From positions 1,568,001 to 1,632,000 of the forward strand of contig OY760937.1 in the NCBI GenBank assembly GCA_963664225.1: a DNA stretch of 64,000 bases, given 5' to 3'. The notes under the pieces were generated by a model. The model did no database searches, was not told the origin of the DNA, and saw nothing but the letters and a program-made list of their open reading frames with translations. How positions within the stretch are numbered: the stretch's first letter is position 1; every line of letters starts with the position of its first letter. Below are positions 20,277 through 29,874 of this stretch, one piece after another. A program made the translations under genes and the position numbers. This DNA comes from Verrucomicrobiia bacterium. GTDB taxonomy: Bacteria; Verrucomicrobiota; Verrucomicrobiia; Limisphaerales; UBA1319.

Positions 20277-20819
20277 TCACGGCTGATACAAGTCCGAAAG
20301 GTGATTTAGCAAATCTGGGCCTAACAGCACGGGTTTATTCGGATCCCAAACGTATCGGCTTTCGGGGCTCGCCCCGAACATGCGCACTTTGATGTAATTG
20401 GGGTGGGCGACAATGATGGCGTCCCAACGATTCCTTAACTCCAGGTGATGGTGTATGCCGGGCAAATCGGAAGCCGAAAATTGAGTGATCGATAGTTCAT
20501 CAGGTGGTTCACCGACCAGTAGCCCGTATTTCTTTGCAATCGCCTCGGCAATCCTTTTCTTCTCCACCGTGATCCAGCCCTGGGTTGAATACCAGTTCGC
20601 CAGGTCCTGATGGGGAACATTCAACGTTGTTATCCCGCTGCGGAAACTCAGAAATGTGAATCCCTCTTCGGTCGGCAGGGCCGTTTCGCGTAACAACCAG
20701 GTGAGTTCGTCGTCATTGAGGCCATCCCCAACACACGTTCGAGTTACTCTGATCGTGTCCAATAGACGGGTAATGGGCTTGGAAACCGCTTGGGCATTGG
20801 GTGCGCTTGGGTTGGTCAT
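20277..20819 (-). CDS. Hypothetical protein
   Basis: 180-aa ORF with SD-less but co-oriented position between the thioredoxin-like gene and the adaptor. Confidence 0.6.
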   Translation of the reverse strand: MTNPSAPNAQAVSKPITRLLDTIRVTRTCVGDGLNDDELTWLLRETALPTEEGFTFLSFRSGITTLNVPHQDLANWYSTQGWITVEKKRIAEAIAKKYGLLVGEPPDELSITQFSASDLPGIHHHLELRNRWDAIIVAHPNYIKVRMFGASPESRYVWDPNKPVLLGPDLLNHLSDLYQP

Positions 20820-20906
20820 ACGTTTAAGGACTGGTTACTCGTCGAGGGTCATTAGCTTGGTCTTCGTCATCTGGATATCGCATTGGTCTCTGGACGGGTT
20901 GGGGAT

Positions 20907-21251
20907 TCAAACTCTGGAGAGGAAAGGCTCCAATTTGGACAAAATCGCTTCTTTGCTGGCGGTCCCGACGATTCGGACGCACACCTTGCCGCTGACGAAG
21001 CAGAGCAAAGCTGGGATGGATTCGATGTCATAAAAAATTCCAAGATCTGGATGGTCATCCGCGTTGACCTTCAAGAATTTCACCTTCCCGGCGCACGCGC
21101 TCATGACTTCGTCCAGCACAGGTCTGATAATGCGGCAAGCTTGGCTCCACGGAGCCAAGAACACCACCACTACTGGCCGCTCTGACATCAGAACCACCGA
21201 CTCGAAGTTCTTTTCACCGATTTCAACGTTCTGTGTGTTGTCCGTGTTCAT
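20907..21251 (-). CDS. Thioredoxin-fold protein with atypical WSQAC site
   Basis: NFESVVL.SERPVVV.F.APWSQAC...KVNADD...IESIPAL. Confidence 0.85.
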   Translation of the reverse strand: MNTDNTQNVEIGEKNFESVVLMSERPVVVVFLAPWSQACRIIRPVLDEVMSACAGKVKFLKVNADDHPDLGIFYDIESIPALLCFVSGKVCVRIVGTASKEAILSKLEPFLSRV

Positions 21252-21287
21252 GCTTTTGATTGAATCACATATTCTATCGCTCCTTAA

Positions 21288-21303
21288 ACATGACCTGTGC
21301 CAA
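21288..21303 (-). promoter_or_regulatory. Imperfect sigma-54 promoter upstream of the thioredoxin-RND run
   Basis: TTGGCAC-AGGTC-ATGT: good -24, deviant -12; same distance to ATG as the shc copy. Confidence 0.45.
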
Positions 21304-21449
21304 CCTGATAACATATTTATATTATATTGCACTACAACGTGTTACATATACATTCACGTCGACAGCATACGGGTCTTATACTTGAACGTTCAATATATTG
21401 GCCGAATAAAGTTGTGAAGCCGTTCGGTTTCTGAAAGGATTCAACTCCA

Positions 21450-23081
21450 GTGGAATCAAACAATGATACTCGGTTCAATCCGAATTTCGCCATGCGCTTG
21501 CTCTTGGATATCGCGCATGAGCAATCAGTGGAGCGCCTGCTGCAAAGGATCATTCGGAGTGCAATGGAGCGGACTCACGTGGCCTGCGTCCAAATCTGGT
21601 TGGTTGATAAAGGAGACCGCTGCTCCGTTTGTCCTCAAAGATCGAAGTGTCCTGATCAAACCCGCTGCCTGCACTTGGCTGCTGGCGGGGGCAAATCGTT
21701 CTCTGATTCCGCCGTGCGTGTTCCGCGTTTCGACGATCCAAACGCTCGGTTGCCGCTGGGAATTGGCCTGGTAGGAAAGGTTGTTGCGACAGGTCAGCAG
21801 CTTATTCTGAGAGACTTGGACAAAAGGCCCGAAGAGTTGGCTGAGTTTGACTGGGTAGAGGGTGAACGGCTTCGAGTGTTCACTGGGTCGCCGATCACTT
21901 TCAAAGGCGAGGCTTTGGGAGTCGCAGCCGCATTTGTCCGTGAGGACATGCCAGATGATGTGTTCCCTTGGGGGCAAATCTTTGCCGACCATATTGGCGC
22001 CGCAATCGTCAGCGCGCGGGACTTTGAGGAGATTCAGCGGCTCAAGGCGCAGCTAGAACAGCAGAACACCTACTTGCAGGAGGAGGTGGTGGAAGCCAAG
22101 GCCTTCGGCGACATGATCGGCCAAAGTGCAGCCCTGCGACAGATCGTCAGCCAGATTGACCTGGTGGCACCGACGGAAGCCTCGGTCCTGATCCTGGGTG
22201 ATACCGGCACCGGCAAGGAATTGGTCGCGCACGAGATTCATCGTCGCAGCCGGCGCAAGGACAACCCGCTGGTCCGGGTCAATTGCGCTTCGATCCCCAA
22301 GGAGTTATTTGAAAGCGAGTTGTTCGGCCACGTGAAAGGTGCTTTCACAAGTGCAATCAAGGACAGGCCAGGTCGTTTCGAAACAGCCGAGGGCGGGACT
22401 CTGTTTCTGGATGAAATTGGGGAATTGCCCATGGAAATGCAGGCCAAACTTCTGCGCGTCCTGCAGGAAAAACGTTATGAACGCGTGGGAGATGACCGAA
22501 CGCGGCATGCCAATGTACGAATCATCGCAGCCACTAATCGGGACATGAAGAAGGAAGTGGCGGCCCGACGTTTCCGTGAAGACCTGTATTACCGGCTCCA
22601 CGTTTTCCCGATCCACGTCACCACTCTGAAGGAGCGAAAGGATGACATTCCGCTCCTGGTGAAGCATTTCGTCGAGCTATCGGTGAAGGAACTCAGATGT
22701 CCCAAACCCCGGCTGACTCTGGCGGCGGTAACCAAGCTTCAGAATTACGACTGGCCGGGCAATGTTCGGGAATTACGCAACGTGATCGAACGGGCAGTCA
22801 TCCTGGCACGGGGTGGTGCTCTATTCTTCGACTTACCAACGACAGATACCGCCCCCCTTCCTCCGTCCTCATCCGCGTCCCATCCCATCGGGAAGGCTGC
22901 CAACGAGTATTTCACCGAGGCGGAAATGCAGCAGCGTGAGCGCGAGAACCTCATCACGATTCTCGAAAGGGCCGGATGGAAGATCAAAGGTCCAGACGGA
23001 GCGGCGGAACGTCTGGGAGTAAAACCGACCACTATATTCGAGCGGATGAAGAGAATGGGGATCAAGCGCCCCGGAAAATGA
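21450..23081 (+). CDS. Sigma-54-dependent activator, GAF-AAA+-HTH (FhlA/HyfR-like)
   Basis: GDTGTGKE, ESELFGHVKGAFTSA, LFLDEIGE, WPGNVRELRNVIER, C-terminal HTH. Confidence 0.95.
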   Translation: MESNNDTRFNPNFAMRLLLDIAHEQSVERLLQRIIRSAMERTHVACVQIWLVDKGDRCSVCPQRSKCPDQTRCLHLAAGGGKSFSDSAVRVPRFDDPNARLPLGIGLVGKVVATGQQLILRDLDKRPEELAEFDWVEGERLRVFTGSPITFKGEALGVAAAFVREDMPDDVFPWGQIFADHIGAAIVSARDFEEIQRLKAQLEQQNTYLQEEVVEAKAFGDMIGQSAALRQIVSQIDLVAPTEASVLILGDTGTGKELVAHEIHRRSRRKDNPLVRVNCASIPKELFESELFGHVKGAFTSAIKDRPGRFETAEGGTLFLDEIGELPMEMQAKLLRVLQEKRYERVGDDRTRHANVRIIAATNRDMKKEVAARRFREDLYYRLHVFPIHVTTLKERKDDIPLLVKHFVELSVKELRCPKPRLTLAAVTKLQNYDWPGNVRELRNVIERAVILARGGALFFDLPTTDTAPLPPSSSASHPIGKAANEYFTEAEMQQRERENLITILERAGWKIKGPDGAAERLGVKPTTIFERMKRMGIKRPGK

Positions 23082-23180
23082 CTTTGGTTCTCAGAACCCT
23101 TTTTCGCCCCTTTAGCGACGCGCTGCGATTTCGCTGTCGGTGATTGCGGAAGCCAGCCAGCCTTTTTGCAGCCGGTCCAT

Positions 23181-23606
23181 TCAATTTGAGGGCCGGTCGG
23201 ATTGGGTGCGCAAAGAGAGCCGAGTGATCTCTCCGCGTTGGCACATGTCGAGGACTCGCGCCACGTGCTTGTAAGGCCCGTTCTCGTCCGCACGGATATA
23301 TACCACCATATTTGGATTGGCGCCGTGAGCCTGGGTCAGTTCAATTTCCAGCTGAGAAAAGTTGATGGGTTGGCCCCCCAGACGGTAATCCCCATCGGTG
23401 GTGATCTCAACGGTGCGGATATCGTCCTTGGTCAGTTTCTTGGCATCGTTTCTGCCGCCCGACGGTAAGTTCGTGCGGATGCTCTGCTCCAGCAAGGGCG
23501 TGGTAATGACAAAGATGATGAGTAGCACGAACACCAAATCCAGTAGAGGAGTGACGTTGATCTCGGTCAATGTCACCAGGGAATTCTTCCGGGAAAAACG
23601 GCGCAT
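23181..23606 (-). CDS. exbD: ExbD/TolR biopolymer transport protein
   Basis: EINVTPLLDLVFVLLIIF, VYIRAD. Confidence 0.9.
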   Translation of the reverse strand: MRRFSRKNSLVTLTEINVTPLLDLVFVLLIIFVITTPLLEQSIRTNLPSGGRNDAKKLTKDDIRTVEITTDGDYRLGGQPINFSQLEIELTQAHGANPNMVVYIRADENGPYKHVARVLDMCQRGEITRLSLRTQSDRPSN

Positions 23607-23609
23607 GGC

Positions 23610-25703
23610 TCAGCGTCGGACCGGATCATCCCGGTCCGTCATTATTGTTCTGGTGGCACTGCTTAGGTGCTGGCGTGCCCGACCAAGCGCCTGAAGCGGA
23701 AAGTAATGACGATACATGTTGTAGTTGATCATGAAGCCGCGGGCCAATTCGCGGCCTTGTGCAAGCATGGTTGTGTTTTTGTTCAGGTCAATGCGCTCCC
23801 CGATTCCGTAGCCCGGGAAACCACAACCAACGTAGTCTGGCTCATTCCATGTGCCAGCCATCTGATGATTCACCAGCCAGTTTACTCCCCGGCGTATTGC
23901 GGGATCGAATTCGTGACCGCCAATTGCCAGCAGGCCGATCAAGGCCCAAGCGGTTTGGGAAGGCGTGTTCGGGCCTGTGCCCCGCAAGGTATCATCCATG
24001 TAGGACCCGCAAGACTCACCCCATCCGCCGTCTTGACTTTGTTTGGATGCCAGCCATTGCCCAGCCCGTCGAACTCGCGGGTCTTCCATGTCAAAGCCGA
24101 CGGCCCGCAGCCCCGGCAAGACCAGCGCGGTGCCGTAAAGGTGGTTGACCCCCCACCGTCCAAACCAGCTCCCTTCCGGTTCTTGCTCGCTCATGACATA
24201 GTCCACGGCACGTTTTACGGCGGGGTCAGTTATGGTGCAGCCCATGAGACCGAGTGCTTCCAGCTTGTGCCCCGTTAGATCAGCGCTGGGAGGATCTAAT
24301 ATTTCGCCAAAATCGCAGAATGGTATCCTGGTGAGAATCCATTTGTCATTGTCCTTATCGAAAGCTCCCCACCCCCCACTCGAAGACTGCATTGCCCTCA
24401 CCCATGCTTCAGCTCGTTCGAGTGCGGTGTCAATGCGCGTGTGGTATTCCACAGGGACCCGCCTGCGGATTCGGGCCAGGACGATGATGGCAACGGCAGT
24501 GTCGTCCAGGTCCGGGTAAAACGTATTCGCCCGCTCGAAGGCCCAGCCGCCGCACTCGACTCCCTTGACCGTCATCGCCCAATCGCCTTTGACCAGAATC
24601 TGCTTGTTCAGAATCCAATCCAGAGCGGGGAGCATCTGGGGAAAACTGTTCACGGTTGCGTCGCAATCAAGCAAAGCTTGGAGAGTTAGCAGCGTATCCC
24701 AGACTGGCGATTCGCTCGCCTGGAGATGCGTTGCTCCATCCCTCTCGTAAGACCAGTGCTGGTTCCAGGCATCGAGGCCTTTCTGTATCGCGGGATGACC
24801 CAACAAGTAACCTTCTGTCTTGAGCGCCAATAAGCTGTATATCCAAGGCGGCTGGATTCCGCCCCAGGCTCCGTCCGAATCCTGATGCCTCAGTATCCAT
24901 TCCAGGCACAGTTTAATGGAAGTCTCACGTCCTGGTTTCCAAGGGCTGCTTATGTATATGTGTAACAACTTCTCGTTCAGTCGGAAATACGCGGGCCAAA
25001 ACCCTGTCATCCTTTTCGGCATCGCATAATCGAATCGTTCCCGCCCATCGGGGAATAGTTCGTCCAATCGGGATTTGGACGGCAAATAGCGGACAGGGCG
25101 TCGGGCCGAGACAATCGCCAAGGGGACAATGGTAGCCCGAACCCAGCTGGCAAACCAATAAAGATTGAACGGAGTCCACGTGGGTAGGCAAATCATTTCG
25201 GGAGGGACTGCCGGGGTTTGTCCCCACGGCCATTCGCCGATTAGAGCAAGCCAGATGCGAGTGAAGTTACGAATTTTGCCCAGGCCACCGTGGGATAGTA
25301 TCCACTCCCGTGCCTTCCGCACCGGGGGATCATTTGCCGCAAAACCCGAACATCTTAACGCGGCGTAGCATTCGACCGTGGTATTTATGTCCCCCATGGG
25401 CGCCTGGTGATATACCTCCCAGGATCCGTCCGATCGCTGTTCGTTTAGGATGGCACGAATCACCCCCGGAACCTTTGGGTCGCTTTCCACACCTAAGAAA
25501 TGCATCCCCAGAATCCACTGCGCTTCCATGCAGCAGTTTGATTCGAGCATGCCAACCCAAAAGCCCTCCGGTTGCTGCTGGTCTGACAGCCACTGCAAAC
25601 CCTTCGAGATAGCTTGATTAAGCGGAGAGGTCTCTTCTGCCAGGCATTTTTTGCTCCCGCAGGAGAGGCTGGTTGCATTCACCTGCGCCGAGGACGCTAG
25701 CAT
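23610..25703 (-). CDS. shc: Squalene-hopene cyclase
   Basis: YPDLDDTA (DxDD) motif, QW repeats (QRSDGSW, QDSDGAW, QSSSGGW, QEPEGSW), FGRWGVN. Confidence 0.95.
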   Translation of the reverse strand: MLASSAQVNATSLSCGSKKCLAEETSPLNQAISKGLQWLSDQQQPEGFWVGMLESNCCMEAQWILGMHFLGVESDPKVPGVIRAILNEQRSDGSWEVYHQAPMGDINTTVECYAALRCSGFAANDPPVRKAREWILSHGGLGKIRNFTRIWLALIGEWPWGQTPAVPPEMICLPTWTPFNLYWFASWVRATIVPLAIVSARRPVRYLPSKSRLDELFPDGRERFDYAMPKRMTGFWPAYFRLNEKLLHIYISSPWKPGRETSIKLCLEWILRHQDSDGAWGGIQPPWIYSLLALKTEGYLLGHPAIQKGLDAWNQHWSYERDGATHLQASESPVWDTLLTLQALLDCDATVNSFPQMLPALDWILNKQILVKGDWAMTVKGVECGGWAFERANTFYPDLDDTAVAIIVLARIRRRVPVEYHTRIDTALERAEAWVRAMQSSSGGWGAFDKDNDKWILTRIPFCDFGEILDPPSADLTGHKLEALGLMGCTITDPAVKRAVDYVMSEQEPEGSWFGRWGVNHLYGTALVLPGLRAVGFDMEDPRVRRAGQWLASKQSQDGGWGESCGSYMDDTLRGTGPNTPSQTAWALIGLLAIGGHEFDPAIRRGVNWLVNHQMAGTWNEPDYVGCGFPGYGIGERIDLNKNTTMLAQGRELARGFMINYNMYRHYFPLQALGRARQHLSSATRTIMTDRDDPVRR

Positions 25704-25777
25704 ATAGACTGTTTCGTTACCACTGACGCGAGGTTCGTTCCGGCAGTTTCACCGTTCTGGGTTTTGTCAGTGTTCAT
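25697..25777 (-). pseudogene. 26-codon leader ORF homologous to the thioredoxin N-terminus, stop overlapping the shc start
   Basis: MNTDKTQNGETAGTNLASVV versus MNTDNTQNVEIGEKNFESVV; 46/59 nt identical ungapped by manual alignment. Confidence 0.7.
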
Positions 25778-25813
25778 GTATTGCGACGACATTTCATATC
25801 TGCCGTGCTTATC

Positions 25814-25829
25814 GCAAGAGGTGTGCCAA
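25814..25829 (-). promoter_or_regulatory. Consensus sigma-54 promoter of shc-exbD
   Basis: Minus strand TTGGCAC-ACCTC-TTGC. Confidence 0.8.
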
Positions 25830-26369
25830 ACTATTGAATATATACTTATCACGCTTATTGTGAACATGTTATGAATCTTGCGAAGCAAGATTATTATGGG
25901 TCTGTTTATTGAACGTCCAAATATATGGCTGATTTGATTAGCCATCCGCATTCTGAGAACATCCGCACGTTGCAGATCAACTGGAGGGCGAAACGCTTTA
26001 AACCCAGATTCAGTTCCCAAGGATTCAGTGTGGAGAATTCATCCCCCGCGGCACGCAGTAAGCCAGCAACAGCCGAAACCGGCAAGGCGCGGTCGCTTGC
26101 GCCCGATTCTGAGGGTTGAAGATCGACGTTCGAAAATATTTGAAAGACGTGCTGCACCCACTGTCCCAGTGGCCAGTGCCCACCCGGACCAAATGACGTC
26201 GCTAGCCTGGCGAAACGCCAGCAACCAAAAACCATCTAATTGGATTCTTGGAAATCAGGGAGTCCAGTAACTGGTTCACTTTTACCCAGGGTCCCTTCGC
26301 CAATCCATTCATTCACTTGAATAGATTACCCTGCCCGGTCCCTTGCCGCCTATATGGTGTTGCCCACGC

Positions 26370-26576
26370 CAATACGGTTACCCGCGTTTGGATGAACACA
26401 AGCAAGTGCATAAAGAATATTTGAGTCAGGTTGAGCAGATACGGGAAAACTCAAAGACCTCAGCGGGAGACATGGTTTACGAATTATTTTTCTTTTTAAA
26501 GGAATGGTGCTTAAATCATATCATCCAAATGGACTGCGAATATTCACTCGTTTTAAATCGTCCTGAGCAAAAATGA
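26370..26576 (+). pseudogene. Bacteriohemerythrin C-terminal remnant
   Basis: YGYPRLDEHKQVHKEY...FLKEWCLNHIIQMD (HxxxH and HIxxxD); N-terminal helices absent. Confidence 0.7.
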
Positions 26577-27010
26577 TGTGACTCAAGGATCGGGATTGTT
26601 CCTTGGACCTCAAGATACCGTTCAATTTCATTTATCAATTTCATGTTTCTGTTACGTTTCCTCAGTAAACCCTTGTCCAGGAGACGAACGAGAAGCATGA
26701 ATCCTGATCGCGATGTTTTGAATTTCAACAGACGTGAAAGCTCTCTTGTCGAGGGTATGGATTTACCATGCCTGGCTCTTTGTTAGATGATTTCAATCGC
26801 TGCCTGCTCATCGTGAGACAATTCAGGGGTTTCTTTGGAGATAGCATTGAGCTCAGTCAATATGTCACAAAGGGTACGAAGAGGCTTGCCCATATCGTAA
26901 ACCTCCTCATCGCTGCTATTCCCAGATCGACCTGCGATCCGTTTCAAATTCCTTGCGTCCAAAACAGACCCGCGATTCTGTAGATAATCAGACACCTTCA
27001 ACCTCGACAA
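26516..27010 (-). pseudogene. Degraded gene with LexA-like winged HTH, split by in-frame TAA at 26783-26785
   Basis: Read-through gives LSHDEQAAIEII*QRARHGKSIPSTRELSRLLKFKTSRSGFMLLVRLLDKGLLRK. Confidence 0.45.
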
Positions 27011-27043
27011 GGTTGCATAAACGGCTCAATGTCCAGTTTATTA

Positions 27044-27076
27044 AACCGCCATGAAAAAGAATATTTCATGGCGGTT
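27044..27076. terminator. Hairpin downstream of the beta-helix gene
   Basis: AACCGCCATGAAA...TTTCATGGCGGTT 13-bp stem. Confidence 0.55.
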
Positions 27077-27147
27077 ATTGAAATGTCGAGCATGCTCGAT
27101 ATATCCGAAATATGGATCGACTCTATTTAATGCAATACAATGACATT

Positions 27148-28845
27148 CTATTTCCTAACAACCCATTGCGATCCATTGCTATAGACTTCTAATGCAATGT
27201 AACCTGAAGTAGTAATCGGATAAGTGAACGCAAACCCAAAGCTTTGGCTTGCCGCGTCGAATACTTGTTGATACGTTGTATTAACGGTGTTAATAATAAG
27301 GCTACAAGGACCTCCATTATAAAAACCTAACTTTAAGCGGCGTCCGGTATGCCAAGAAGGCTCAGGAAATGTAACTGTTTTAGTGGACGAACCGGAGCTC
27401 ATGAGTCCCACTTGTCCTTCTAACTCTCCTTTGTCATCGCTGAGAGTGTATGTCGTCCCAGAAAGTGTGGCCCCAGTCACTTGATCCCCACGAGTTCCAT
27501 CAACAGGAAAACCTTTTAGAGATCGCCCTTTAAAGTCATGATTATTAAACATGTAGTTACCACTAGTGTTGAAAACCGGAAAAAAGATTTGTGGGAGTTG
27601 ATTTTGAAATGCCACATCAATTAGATTATTTTCAATGACGTACTTGATGTTTTCTCCAGTGCCCAACCCCTGAGAATAACCACCAGTGAAATATAAACCA
27701 TACCAATTTGATTGAACGATTCCTATATTGGGCTTCGTAGGAACAATTATGTTAGCACGAATAATGAAATTGGTTGTGTTACCCGCGAACCACATTCCAG
27801 CGGGTTTATATACTGAGTCATTTGTTTTAGTATTATTAATTTCAATGTAGTTATTTTCAACTATGTATCTATTAAACGTTTGGCTTCCTCTGGCGTCCAC
27901 ACCAATGCGTATTCCAAGGCCTGTATCTTTAAAAACATTGTTGCGTATAAAACAATCTTCGTTTATCCAGGAATCCATGTTGAAACCCATGTTACAACCA
28001 ATGGCAACATTTCCTTCCATAGTGGCGTTCAATTGGCCGACAGCATATGCAATGCCATTTGGAACATTCAGCACCTTATTGTTGAAAAGTTTGGCTGTGC
28101 TAAGACCATTGCTTGGATTGTAACTACCAAAAGCCGAAATGCACGTCGCATAACCGCCTCCTTTCACGGAACCTTGAACAATGCAATCTTGAATGGTACA
28201 CGTACCACCATTACCAGAAGAAGTCCACATTAATGGGAACGCCTCAATCGAGGCCCCTGCTCCATAGTTTATCACTTTGACACGTTCAATAACAGTATTG
28301 TCAGCAAAAGCGTTAATACCAGATATTACCGCTGCCGTTACATTCGATCCACCCCAGTTGCAATCAAGTGTAACATCACTTAGGTTAAGATTTCGATTGT
28401 TAACGTTGTCATAGGAGGAACCGCAGGTTAATACGGCGGCACCACCACCAGTGTTAATGTTGGCAAGACGAATAATTGTATTGTCTAGACCTGCTCCTTT
28501 TATGTTAGAACCCTGTGGAATTGGAGTGTTTACATTGCCACCGCCAGTTTTGTAACAATCGCTCAATCCAGAAGGCAACAAATGAATTGTTAGATTAGAT
28601 CGCACCTGAGTGGTCCCGTCTGGTGCTTGCTGATTCCATGTCCAAGCGGCCAACCATGAATGGAAATAGCCACCACTTCCATTATATGGATCTTGCAGCG
28701 TGCCAGTTCCAATACCGTTTGTACCACGCAAGGCAAACCACACCTCACTTGTAGTCACCTGAGAATAGCAAGATACTGTTGCCTGCATTAAACACGCAGC
28801 ACCTATTGCCATTATGTACTTATGATGCCTATTTATGAACTTCAT
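27148..28845 (-). CDS. Secreted right-handed parallel beta-helix (pectin-lyase-like) protein with tail-fibre-like C-terminus
   Basis: Signal peptide; IKGAGLDNTIIRL start motif; repeated I.NN units; ends LEVYSNGSQWVV; visibly AT-rich. Confidence 0.75.
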   Translation of the reverse strand: MKFINRHHKYIMAIGAACLMQATVSCYSQVTTSEVWFALRGTNGIGTGTLQDPYNGSGGYFHSWLAAWTWNQQAPDGTTQVRSNLTIHLLPSGLSDCYKTGGGNVNTPIPQGSNIKGAGLDNTIIRLANINTGGGAAVLTCGSSYDNVNNRNLNLSDVTLDCNWGGSNVTAAVISGINAFADNTVIERVKVINYGAGASIEAFPLMWTSSGNGGTCTIQDCIVQGSVKGGGYATCISAFGSYNPSNGLSTAKLFNNKVLNVPNGIAYAVGQLNATMEGNVAIGCNMGFNMDSWINEDCFIRNNVFKDTGLGIRIGVDARGSQTFNRYIVENNYIEINNTKTNDSVYKPAGMWFAGNTTNFIIRANIIVPTKPNIGIVQSNWYGLYFTGGYSQGLGTGENIKYVIENNLIDVAFQNQLPQIFFPVFNTSGNYMFNNHDFKGRSLKGFPVDGTRGDQVTGATLSGTTYTLSDDKGELEGQVGLMSSGSSTKTVTFPEPSWHTGRRLKLGFYNGGPCSLIINTVNTTYQQVFDAASQSFGFAFTYPITTSGYIALEVYSNGSQWVVRK

Positions 28846-29874
28846 AACCTAACAGTTTCCTTGATTACTTGATTTTGTTTATATGTTACTTCGACTCGGA
28901 CTTCAGCGCATCACAAGATGCGCATGAAATTGTTTCATAGAAAGTATTTTGTGCAATAAAGGATACTAGCGACAAACAAGGACAGACTGTATGGTACAGA
29001 ATGTCAGCCCAATTGACTTTCAAGTTATTTCGCAACTATTCTCGATTGGCCACGTCCGACTGCTAATAATTACGAACCCGGAAAACGCAAATAGTGCGGA
29101 ACGAATATATTTGGTAATTTGCAAACAATGTAACATCGCAATTGGCAATCTCTGCCGTGCCGTTTCAAATGCCCAACAGCGAGCTCACCTTGGCAGCAGT
29201 GCGATAGTTTACTCAATTCGCTCAAACTAACTGTTATACTAAAACGATTATTGTTTAATCAATTCGATGTGATTGCCATAATTTCAGTTTTGTTTCGCAA
29301 TAACATGTATCGAAGGTCCGGAATTAGTGGCACATCAACAATCTCAGTGTTCAAGTAAAAACCACATTTACGAATAGGTTATTATTTGACAACTGGTTTC
29401 ATTATCTCGTCGGATTAATTGCTAATCGTGATGACACCTATGTTAACTATGAATTATTCACAATTTATATCGTAACCTCCATCAATATAAATGTTCGAAA
29501 CATATTTACTAGATCACTAGTGTGAAGTTAAGAGCCAGACATAACGGTCTGCTTGTGTTGAGACAATGCTTTCGCAGGGAGAGCGATGACGCTAATTGTG
29601 TTTTGTTTCATGCAACAGAATATTTGACGGACAATTAACCAGGACCGGTAGGAAACACCCCCAACGCAGAACTAATTTTCCTGCCGCAGTGCTTATTTGT
29701 TGGCCAAGTTATCAAAAACAACTCTCATGTCAACCACATAATGAATATTAATGCACTTTATTTTTAGCCGGTTCACATTATTGGAATACATGCCCAAGAA
29801 TGAGACAGCCCGACTGGTTTATTACAATTATCGTGAGTTCCGTAAACGCAATTGTAACAAATTTCACCCTACGG

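Noticed and set aside
25960..26340. GGATTC-containing stretch as the left att site of the comM element
   Set aside because: Minus-strand translation shows no ComM C-terminal sequence; the match is too short
28991..29230. 79-aa ORF in the AT-rich gap
   Set aside because: No clear RBS, motif or context support
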